A stretch of 64,000 nt of DNA, taken from positions 18,118-82,117 of the forward strand of contig JAFCCU010000002.1 of the NCBI GenBank assembly GCA_017610005.1. The letters are read 5' to 3'. This document shows positions 29,649-37,781 of this stretch, piece by piece. Positions within the stretch are counted from its first letter, which is position 1. Each line of letters opens with the position of its first letter. The notes beneath the pieces were generated by a model. That model was not told the origin of the DNA. It worked only from the letters and a program-made list of their open reading frames with translations, and ran no database searches. This DNA comes from Candidatus Woesearchaeota archaeon. Lineage in GTDB: Archaea > Nanobdellota > Nanobdellia > Woesearchaeales > B29-G15. Made by a program: the position numbers and the translations under genes.

Positions 29649-31037
29649 ATGCTAAGAGTATTTAACACATTAACAAGGAAGAAAGAAGAGTTTATCCCAA
29701 TAAAACAAGGAGAGGTAAGAATGTATTCTTGCGGACTTACTGTTTATGGATTTGGGCATATTGGAAATTTTCGCGCGTTTATTGCATCTGATTTAATTTC
29801 TAGGTATTTAAAATATAAGGGATATAAGGTTACAAAGGTAATTAACATAACAGATGTTGATGATAAAACAATCAGGGGAGCAATTAAAGAAGGAGTCTCT
29901 TTAAACAAATACACTGAAAAATATATTAAGGGTTTTTTTGATGATATTAATACATTAAATGTTGATCCTGCTAATTATTATCCTAAGGCAACTGATTATA
30001 TTAAAGAGATAGTTGAACTTATTGAAAAATTAAAGGCTAAAGGCCATACTTATGAACAAGATGGCTCAATTTATTTTAAGATTTCAAGCGATAAAAATTA
30101 TGGGAAATTAGCGCATTTAGATTTTTCTAAATTAGTTGATAACGCGCAAGGACGGTTAGATTCTGATGAATATGATAAAGATAATGCAAGAGACTTTGTA
30201 TTATGGAAGGGTTACAAAGAAACAGATGGCGAAATATTTTGGAATACAAAGCTTGGCAAGGGAAGACCTGGATGGCACATTGAATGTTCTGCAATGTCAA
30301 CCAAATTATTGGGTGACTCTTTTGATATTCATACGGGTGGAGTTGATTTAATATTCCCTCACCACACAAACGAAATAGCTCAAAGTGAAAATGCAACTTG
30401 CAAACATTATGTGAAGTATTGGCTTCATAATGAATACTTAAAAGTTGAAGGCGAAAAAATGTCAAAGTCTTTGGGGAACTTTTTCACATTAAAAGATTTA
30501 TTAGAAAAAGGACTTGATCCAATAGCAATTCGTTATGAACTTTTAGCAACAAATTATAGAATGCCATTAAATTTTACAATAGATGGCGTAGGGGCATCAA
30601 AGGTTGCAATTGAAAAATTAAATAATTTTGTGTGGGAATTGACTGTTGCAAAAGAAGGAAAGTTATCAGAAAATATTGAAGAATTAATCAAATCAGCAAA
30701 AGATAACTTTGAATCTGCAATGGATGATGATTTTAATATATCTAGGGCACTTGCAAGTATATTTGACTTTATGAAATCAATCTTTAAAGAAGGATTTACA
30801 TCTGCTGATTCAAAACTAATTCTAAGTTTCTTAAAAAGTATCGATTCTGTGCTAGGAGTTATCTCTTTTGAAAGAGATACTGAGATTGATAAGAATATTG
30901 AGCAACTAATTGAACAAAGAAATATTGCAAGAAAAAATAAAGACTTTACAACAAGTGACAGAATTAGAGATGATCTGCTCAAGAAGGGAATTGAACTTTT
31001 AGACGGGCCAGAAGGCACTAAATGGCGCAAAAAATAA
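29649..31037 (+). CDS. cysS: Cysteinyl-tRNA synthetase
   Basis: 462 aa class I aaRS with MYSCGLTVYGFGHIGNFR (HIGH), KMSKSLGN, and the CysRS length and anticodon-binding tail. Confidence 0.9.
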   Translation: MLRVFNTLTRKKEEFIPIKQGEVRMYSCGLTVYGFGHIGNFRAFIASDLISRYLKYKGYKVTKVINITDVDDKTIRGAIKEGVSLNKYTEKYIKGFFDDINTLNVDPANYYPKATDYIKEIVELIEKLKAKGHTYEQDGSIYFKISSDKNYGKLAHLDFSKLVDNAQGRLDSDEYDKDNARDFVLWKGYKETDGEIFWNTKLGKGRPGWHIECSAMSTKLLGDSFDIHTGGVDLIFPHHTNEIAQSENATCKHYVKYWLHNEYLKVEGEKMSKSLGNFFTLKDLLEKGLDPIAIRYELLATNYRMPLNFTIDGVGASKVAIEKLNNFVWELTVAKEGKLSENIEELIKSAKDNFESAMDDDFNISRALASIFDFMKSIFKEGFTSADSKLILSFLKSIDSVLGVISFERDTEIDKNIEQLIEQRNIARKNKDFTTSDRIRDDLLKKGIELLDGPEGTKWRKK

Positions 31038-31065
31038 ATACTAGGGTTGTTGATTCTTAAGTATT

Positions 31066-32469
31066 GTGAAAAAAGAACTTATATATTTTTTAATGGCATT
31101 AGTATTATCTTTCTCAGTTGTTGGTGCTGGTTGTGATGGTTCAACCGGATTATGTGATGCTCCAGAAGAAGGACAAGAATGTATTTACGAAACAGATTAT
31201 GGATTTAATCTATACTTAAAAGGAACTTGTTCTGATGGGCAGATTGATCCAGTGACAGATAAATGCTCACAAGAAAGAGTGGGCGTGCCAGTTCAAATTG
31301 AAGAGTATTACTGCAATACTTACGGGCAGTGCCACATGATGCAAAAATGGTGCCCCAATGGGTGTTTAAATGGGGAATGTTTGCCTTCTGGTATACCTAC
31401 AACTTCTGCTACTCCTGGATGTTATGATGAAGATGGGGGTATTTTTTACGATCGACAAGGTACTTGCACAGATAAATTTGGAACCCACACAGAAAGTTGT
31501 GATTATGCAAAAGGGTATAGAATAACTGAATATTATTGTGTAAATGTAACTGGGGGAGATGGATGTGGGGGAGGAGTTTGTGGGGATGATGATGTTCCTG
31601 AATTCCGATGCATGGCGCAAGGCACAAGATGTAGTGGGGGTTATTGTGAGAGGGGCGCTTGTACAACTGAACTTTATATGGATAGTGCAACTCCTGGTTG
31701 TTGTTTGAACCCTAAAACAAGACCTTGTGATTATGTTTCTAATATTAGATCTTGTTGTCCTTCATCTTGGCAGGGATATGCTGCATGGGATGAACCTGGA
31801 CCAAAAGGGATATTTGATTGTGCAGCTGCTTGGTTTTTCCCTTCTGACTCTCCAGAGGCTTGTGCAGCCATGGCAGAAGCTGAGCATCCAAAAGCAGACA
31901 TGTGTGGCTTTGGCTGTTGTTGTTACAAAACTCCTAGTGATGAAATAAGGTCAGACCAACAAACCCAGTCAGAATGTACTGGCACCGATAAACAATGGGT
32001 AAATTTTGGTACAATAACTGAATGTACCCCCCAATATTGCCATGGTTACTTTGATGGGGGCACGCTTGCAGATGACCCAGATGTTCCAACCACAACTACC
32101 AGTGTGGAATACACTCCTGGCTCACCTCAAGAAGATGATGATGGGGATGGGGTAGTGAATGGGATTGATAATTGCATAAATACATTCAATTCTCAGAATA
32201 ATATTGATAATGATGAGTTTGGAGACGCATGTGATCCTGATATGGACAATGATGGAATAATAAATGAGGAAGATGAATGTCCTCTTGATATTACAAAATC
32301 AGTTAAACCTTGCAGTGACAAACAAATAGCCCCATTGTGGTTTTTGGCAGGAGGCGCATTAGCGGGATTAATTGCATCTTTTTTTATTCCTGGCGCAACA
32401 ATTATTATTGGATTGCTTATTGGTGCGATTTTAGGATTAATTGCATTATTATTGGTGAGTTCATTATGA
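31066..32469 (+). CDS. Cys-rich modular surface protein E (two CxDxDGG-type repeats, signature module, TSP3 repeats, C-terminal TM)
   Basis: GTG start. Signal MKKELIYFLMALVLSFSVVGAGC. Signature module ~31696-32050 (GCCLNPKTRPCDYVSNIRSCCP...EACAAM...GCCCYK). TSP3 DDDGDGVVNGIDNC...DPDMDNDGIINEEDEC. TM FFIPGATIIIGLLIGAILGLIALLLV. Confidence 0.8.
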   Translation: MKKELIYFLMALVLSFSVVGAGCDGSTGLCDAPEEGQECIYETDYGFNLYLKGTCSDGQIDPVTDKCSQERVGVPVQIEEYYCNTYGQCHMMQKWCPNGCLNGECLPSGIPTTSATPGCYDEDGGIFYDRQGTCTDKFGTHTESCDYAKGYRITEYYCVNVTGGDGCGGGVCGDDDVPEFRCMAQGTRCSGGYCERGACTTELYMDSATPGCCLNPKTRPCDYVSNIRSCCPSSWQGYAAWDEPGPKGIFDCAAAWFFPSDSPEACAAMAEAEHPKADMCGFGCCCYKTPSDEIRSDQQTQSECTGTDKQWVNFGTITECTPQYCHGYFDGGTLADDPDVPTTTTSVEYTPGSPQEDDDGDGVVNGIDNCINTFNSQNNIDNDEFGDACDPDMDNDGIINEEDECPLDITKSVKPCSDKQIAPLWFLAGGALAGLIASFFIPGATIIIGLLIGAILGLIALLLVSSL

Positions 32470-33605
32470 AAAAGTATTATACTAAGAGTAATAATGCAAA
32501 TGATATCATGAAACAAATCATATATTTTTTAATTGCAGTTTTATTAATTTGGAATGCTACTGCTACAGCTTATGATCACAGTTGTACTGATAGTGATGGG
32601 GGTAAGAATTACCATATTAAAGGTAATTGTGTTGACTATGACCAATCTGAGATGGACTACTGCAATGGTTATAATTATATCCAAGAGTGGTATTGCTTTT
32701 CTGGCTGTATGGACTTCCCCATGGAAGCTAGTTCAGAATTGCAAGGCCATGATCCTAATTGTATCTGGGGTTGTTATGATGGTAGATGCGCAAGTAATGG
32801 AGAAATCATTGAAAGTTTAGGTTTAATTTACACTCCGGGAGAGTGCCTTGATACAGATGGAGGAATTGATAAATTCACTGATGGAATTTGTATAGACTCA
32901 GATGGGAAGTATTACATCGAACAATGCAATAAGGGGAATGTAGAGGAATATTATTGTGAAAGCAATATGTGCAAAAGAGCATTTGGAGAACAGGATACTT
33001 ATTGTCCTGGTGGAACAGGTGAGATGCAGGATCAGGGAGGATGTGAAGCTGGCGCTTGTAAGAAAGTTGATGAAACCTTAAGTGGGTGTTGTTTTAATCC
33101 TGATACTGTTGCTTGTGAATGGATAGATAAAAGAGATGACTGCTGTCCTGTTTTTGGAGATTATGAAAAAGATTTGCCTTTTGGGCCAGATAAGACAACT
33201 GATTGCATTAATAATTGGTTCTTTAAAACTGAAAAGAGCGAAGAATGCCCTCCTAAATTAGATGTGTTTGAAAATAGTAAACATTGTCTTAATGGTTGCT
33301 GTTGCTTTAGAGATCCTGAAGGAGTTGCTCACGCAACTATTCTTCCCCAATTAGTTTGTAAATGGTGGCAGCCTTTTGAAGCTGTAGAAGAATTTGGTTG
33401 TGTTGATTCATATTGTGAAGAAATTGTGCCAATTGTAGAAGCAGGGATTGTTCCGCCTAAAGCTACAACTACAATTTTACAAGAGTCTCCGACAACAATA
33501 AATATCCAAGAACCAGAAGGAACTGGACTAAATACGTTTCAAATCTCAATTATAATTTTTATTATCCTTGTATTGTTCATCCTTGCAGCCCTCTTTTTGC
33601 TGTAA
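32466..33605 (+). CDS. Cys-rich modular surface protein F
   Basis: ATG at 32466 overlaps the stop of gene E (ATGA), so the two are translationally coupled. The ORF-track N-terminal extension from 32337 is an artefact. Signal MKQIIYFLIAVLLIWNATA. Signature module ~33084-33420 (GCCFNPDTVACEWIDKRDDCCPVFGDYE...GCCCFR). C-terminal TM. Confidence 0.8.
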   Translation: MKKYYTKSNNANDIMKQIIYFLIAVLLIWNATATAYDHSCTDSDGGKNYHIKGNCVDYDQSEMDYCNGYNYIQEWYCFSGCMDFPMEASSELQGHDPNCIWGCYDGRCASNGEIIESLGLIYTPGECLDTDGGIDKFTDGICIDSDGKYYIEQCNKGNVEEYYCESNMCKRAFGEQDTYCPGGTGEMQDQGGCEAGACKKVDETLSGCCFNPDTVACEWIDKRDDCCPVFGDYEKDLPFGPDKTTDCINNWFFKTEKSEECPPKLDVFENSKHCLNGCCCFRDPEGVAHATILPQLVCKWWQPFEAVEEFGCVDSYCEEIVPIVEAGIVPPKATTTILQESPTTINIQEPEGTGLNTFQISIIIFIILVLFILAALFLL

Positions 33606-33659
33606 AATTGGGAAAATTTTATATACCTTGGACATAACTTTTATATCCATAGATAACAA

Positions 33660-35078
33660 ATGTGCAAAATGAAAAGATTAATACCCCTGTTTATATTCTT
33701 ATTTGTAATTAGTTTTGTGTATGGTGGGACATACAATCCTCCAGCTCAAGGAATTGGGGCAATGACTTCTGCTTGGTGTATTGATGGAGATGGGCCCGAC
33801 ACTGGAGATTTTAGTACTCATCCAGATTATAGTGGAGACACAAACTGGGCCCCAGAACCAAGAAAAGTTAAAAGTTTTTGTACAAGCCAAATAGATTACC
33901 CTCATCAAAGAGAAGATTCTTGTGTTGATGGATTGTACTCTTTAATGGAATGGGAATGTACTGGCTGTGCAGGTGGGGGCAGTCAAGAATGCGATAACCC
34001 TTTAGATACTTGCGAATTTGGGTGTGTTCATGGGGCATGTTTAGATTCAAGACAAGATTTATTGAACCACATTTATGGGGCAGATAGCCCTGCTTCACTT
34101 TGGTTTGAAGGCCAGTGTAAGGATTCTGATGATCATGATGGGTTTTTATATGATAAATATGATGGAATGGATTATACCGTCCAAGGGGTCTGTGTTGATA
34201 GTAGAGGAGATGTATTTATTGATTATTGCAATAAAGGGCATTTACAAGAATATGTTTGCACTACCGGGGGAGACTGCACTCCACTTGATGAACCAGATGA
34301 TAATGAATGTGACTTGTGTAAGAATGGTAAGTGTATTACTCTTGATAAAACAGTTAGTGGATGTTGCTTAAGTGAGTTTACAACTGGGTGTGGGTATGTT
34401 GATAAATTAGATCAATGCTGTCCAGATTATGGCACTTACGCAGGTGATGATGAGACTGGTCCCACTAGCCCCGGAGATTGCCGTGATAATTATTTTTATG
34501 AAAGAGAAGATACAGAAGCTTGCAGTTTAATTCCTGATACTTTTGAAAATAAAGATTTATGTTTTAGTGGCTGCTGTTGCGATCTTGATACTGAAGGTAA
34601 TCCTCTTGGAAAGCCTTTAAAAAAAGTTGAATGTAACTTATGGCTTGCAGATGGTGTAATGGAACAATTTGGGGGATGTAATCCAGAAAATTGTTTAGTC
34701 GCATCAGGGGGGCAATCATTAATTTCAGGAGAGAGGGATAGCGATCAAGATGGGGTTAATGACGCAGAAGATAATTGTATTTATATCCCAAATCCAATAA
34801 ATGATGATGGGATCCAACTAGATTCAGATAATGATGGTTTGGGAGATGCCTGCGATCCAGATGATGATAATGATGGTATTTTGGATGTAGATGATGACCC
34901 AATAGTCCCTGAAACTTTTATGGAAAAATTATTTGCTTCAGAATCTTTCTGGGGGATACTTATTGCAATATTTGTTGTCCTTGCATTAATATTTTTTACT
35001 TCATTAACTTGGATACCAATTACCCTAATAGGTATTGGAATAGCACTAGCAGGAGTTTTAATTGAGTTTTTGGGGTGA
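33660..35078 (+). CDS. Cys-rich modular surface protein G (signature module plus TSP3 repeats plus C-terminal TM)
   Basis: Signal MKRLIPLFIFLFVISFVYG. Signature module ~34359-34700 (GCCLSEFTTGCGYVDKLDQCCPDYGTY...EACSLI...GCCCDL). TSP3 DSDQDGVNDAEDNC...DSDNDGLGDACDPDDDNDGILD. Confidence 0.8.
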   Translation: MCKMKRLIPLFIFLFVISFVYGGTYNPPAQGIGAMTSAWCIDGDGPDTGDFSTHPDYSGDTNWAPEPRKVKSFCTSQIDYPHQREDSCVDGLYSLMEWECTGCAGGGSQECDNPLDTCEFGCVHGACLDSRQDLLNHIYGADSPASLWFEGQCKDSDDHDGFLYDKYDGMDYTVQGVCVDSRGDVFIDYCNKGHLQEYVCTTGGDCTPLDEPDDNECDLCKNGKCITLDKTVSGCCLSEFTTGCGYVDKLDQCCPDYGTYAGDDETGPTSPGDCRDNYFYEREDTEACSLIPDTFENKDLCFSGCCCDLDTEGNPLGKPLKKVECNLWLADGVMEQFGGCNPENCLVASGGQSLISGERDSDQDGVNDAEDNCIYIPNPINDDGIQLDSDNDGLGDACDPDDDNDGILDVDDDPIVPETFMEKLFASESFWGILIAIFVVLALIFFTSLTWIPITLIGIGIALAGVLIEFLG

Positions 35079-35131
35079 ATTATTAACATTTGCCCACAAA
35101 GTTTAAATAACATTTTTTTTATTTAATTAGA

Positions 35132-37624
35132 ATGAAGTATTCACTTTCTTTACTCCTTTTCTTACTAATCCCCCTAACCTTCGCCGCAACACTTGAGACT
35201 TATGAGGGCGGAGCTGTTGACCCAGCAGGATTTTCTATGAGTGCTAGTGGCGCGCAAACACTTAGCATTAGTAAAACTGTTTATACTGACAGCACAATTC
35301 CCTTACAAATCTCCAATTCAATATATGGTTTTTCAATTTCAGGCAACTTCAATTTACAAACAGACTCAGCAACATTAAGAGTGATTTTAATAGATAGTAA
35401 TGACCAAGAATACTTGGTTTTTGAAGCATATAACTTGCTTTATGGCCAAGGTTATGGCTCATTTAATTACATCTGCGAAGAAACCTGCTTACTTCATGGA
35501 GTTAACCCAAGTAATCTAAAAGTTGAAATTGATGGTGCAACAATGGATATAGCTAATGCCCATTATATAACCCAAAGGCCTCTTTCTCCGCAGGCCATTA
35601 GTACACAGAAAAGTGATAATCAACAATCTCAAACAAATTTTAAAATCCAAAAGTTAAATGAAAAAGCAGAAGGCTGGATTGCTGGAGAAACTGAGGTGGG
35701 GAATTTATTATATTCAGAAAAAAAAAATCTTTTTGGAGGAGAAAAACTTCCTAACTTGCAAGGATTTGAATATTATAAAGGAGGAGTATTCTCTTTTGGC
35801 AAAAGCACAACAGTTAATCAAAAAAATTTAAACTTCCAGTTTCCAATTAAATTTGATTGGCGTGACCGCCATGGCAAGTCTTGGATTCCCAATATTGAAT
35901 CTCAAGGTCATTGTGGCGCTTGCTGGGCGTTTGGAGTATCATCAACAGTTGATGCAGTAATTAATTTGTATTATAATCGAAGGTTAAACATTGACATGTC
36001 TGAACAACACATTATTTGTGATAAAAAGGGTTCGTGTGTGGGTGGAGCTTGGCCACAAAGAGCTTTAAACCTTTTTAAAAATGAGGGAATTGTTGAAGAG
36101 AATTGTATGTATTATTCTGCAAGGGATGATGATTGTGATAGGTTATGTAATGAATGGCAAAAATCTCTTTGGAAGATTGAGGATTACCATCTTGTATTGG
36201 GATCAGATGATTCAATAAAAAAAGCATTAATTGAGCATGGGCCTTTAACTTTTGCGACTGCATTTTGGGATGGGAGATCAATGGAAGGTTCAAATTACGG
36301 AAATTTCCCGGATGGTCCAAGGCCTTGGGCAAATCATGCGATGAGTCTTATTGGATATGAGACTGGTTCATTAGAGACTATTTGGATTGTTAAGAATTCC
36401 TGGGGCCGTACCTGGGGCCAAAATGGTTATGGCTATATTCAACTGCCTTTTATTCAAAGATGGTCTATATACTGGATTGAACATCCTTATTTGGAATATG
36501 ATCCTGATAGATTTGAAGTGAGATGTGAGGATAAGGATGGAGATAATTATTGTAATTGGGGAATAATTGGGGATAAACCTGTTACTTGCCCAGAGAATTG
36601 CCTTCAATTAAAAGATTGCGATGATTCAAATCCTCACTTTGGCCCATACTCAGATACATTTGAATGTATTGAAATAACCTCCAGCAGGGCAGGAATTTCA
36701 GTAAAGAATGATTCAAAAGGGTGTTGTGTAAATCCCTATAGCGAGGCATGTGTGATATCCACAAAAAATCAGTGTTGCCCAGATGAAGGATATGGGGTTA
36801 CAAAAGATTTGGGACCAATTTCAAGAGAAGAATGTGAATCTCATTTTTTTTACCCTTCTGAATCAGCTGAAGCATGCGTGCTTATGGATTTATCAAGTTT
36901 TCCAAATGCTAATTTTTGTAATGCTGGTTGCTGCTGCACTAGATTTGAAGATTCTAAATTTTCTTTCCCTCTGCTGGAGGGTGAAGAAAAAATAAAGGCT
37001 CAATGTTTAAATGATTATCAAAGATGGTATACTTATCAGGAAGTAGGAGGATATTGTTCTAATTGGGAATGTGGGAATATTGCTTCAGGCATAGCCAGTA
37101 CATCAGGAACTCTTTATGGATCGCATCCGATAGATGAGTTTAATAGGCCACTTATTTCTTCTGCTATAGAATACAAGGGAACTGTGGGTGAAGAGTTAAT
37201 GTTTAGAATTGAGGCCACTGGGGCAAAACCAATTACTTTTTTAATGTTAGAATTTGAAAAGCCAATCCCTAACGGTGTTGAATTTAATCCAATCACTGGG
37301 GTTTTTAAGTGGACTCCAAAAAAAGCAGATGTTTTTACATTCAAGGTTGTAGCTCAAAATAAGAATGGTTATGATTCTGAATTGATTCAAATAGATATTT
37401 TTGATAATTCTCCTGCAGGGAATAACCTTATGTGGGGGTTAATCTTAGCAGGATTAGCTCTTTTTGTGGCAATTATAGGGATTGCTTTTTATGGGCTTAT
37501 TGGTTTTGTTGCAGGGTTTTTGGGGCTTGCAGGGCTCTGGGGAATGATAATTTCTGGAGTAGCAATAATATTGGCTGCACCTTCAGCTGGTTTTATTTTA
37601 GGATGGATATTGGGTTTTTGTTAG
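35132..37624 (+). CDS. Cys-rich modular surface protein H carrying a papain-like (C1A) cysteine peptidase domain
   Basis: Signal MKYSLSLLLFLLIPLTFAA. C1 motifs ~35850-36450: FDWRDRHG, QGHCGACWAFG (catalytic Cys), ANHAMSLIGYE (His), VKNSWGRTWGQNGYGYI (Asn). Signature module ~36719-37080 (GCCVNPYSEACVISTKNQCCPDEGYG...EACVLM...GCCCTR). He_PIG-like IPNGVEFNPITGVFKWTP. C-terminal Gly-rich TMs. Confidence 0.85.
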   Translation: MKYSLSLLLFLLIPLTFAATLETYEGGAVDPAGFSMSASGAQTLSISKTVYTDSTIPLQISNSIYGFSISGNFNLQTDSATLRVILIDSNDQEYLVFEAYNLLYGQGYGSFNYICEETCLLHGVNPSNLKVEIDGATMDIANAHYITQRPLSPQAISTQKSDNQQSQTNFKIQKLNEKAEGWIAGETEVGNLLYSEKKNLFGGEKLPNLQGFEYYKGGVFSFGKSTTVNQKNLNFQFPIKFDWRDRHGKSWIPNIESQGHCGACWAFGVSSTVDAVINLYYNRRLNIDMSEQHIICDKKGSCVGGAWPQRALNLFKNEGIVEENCMYYSARDDDCDRLCNEWQKSLWKIEDYHLVLGSDDSIKKALIEHGPLTFATAFWDGRSMEGSNYGNFPDGPRPWANHAMSLIGYETGSLETIWIVKNSWGRTWGQNGYGYIQLPFIQRWSIYWIEHPYLEYDPDRFEVRCEDKDGDNYCNWGIIGDKPVTCPENCLQLKDCDDSNPHFGPYSDTFECIEITSSRAGISVKNDSKGCCVNPYSEACVISTKNQCCPDEGYGVTKDLGPISREECESHFFYPSESAEACVLMDLSSFPNANFCNAGCCCTRFEDSKFSFPLLEGEEKIKAQCLNDYQRWYTYQEVGGYCSNWECGNIASGIASTSGTLYGSHPIDEFNRPLISSAIEYKGTVGEELMFRIEATGAKPITFLMLEFEKPIPNGVEFNPITGVFKWTPKKADVFTFKVVAQNKNGYDSELIQIDIFDNSPAGNNLMWGLILAGLALFVAIIGIAFYGLIGFVAGFLGLAGLWGMIISGVAIILAAPSAGFILGWILGFC

Positions 37625-37781
37625 GAATATCCTATTGCTTACAGTGGATGGGTGAACATGAGCTACATAAAAATGGGGATTACTAACATTAAAAATACTC
37701 AGAAATGCCCTCATTTCTGGTACCAGAAACCCTGTTTCTTTGTACCCCTCAACTTGTTGAGGTTGGGATTTTTACTTAGTT

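Noticed and set aside
23700-37624. PGF-CTERM / archaeosortase sorting signal at the C-termini of the surface proteins
   Set aside because: The C-termini are hydrophobic helices but lack the PGF tripeptide and the terminal basic cluster. They are treated as plain TM anchors.
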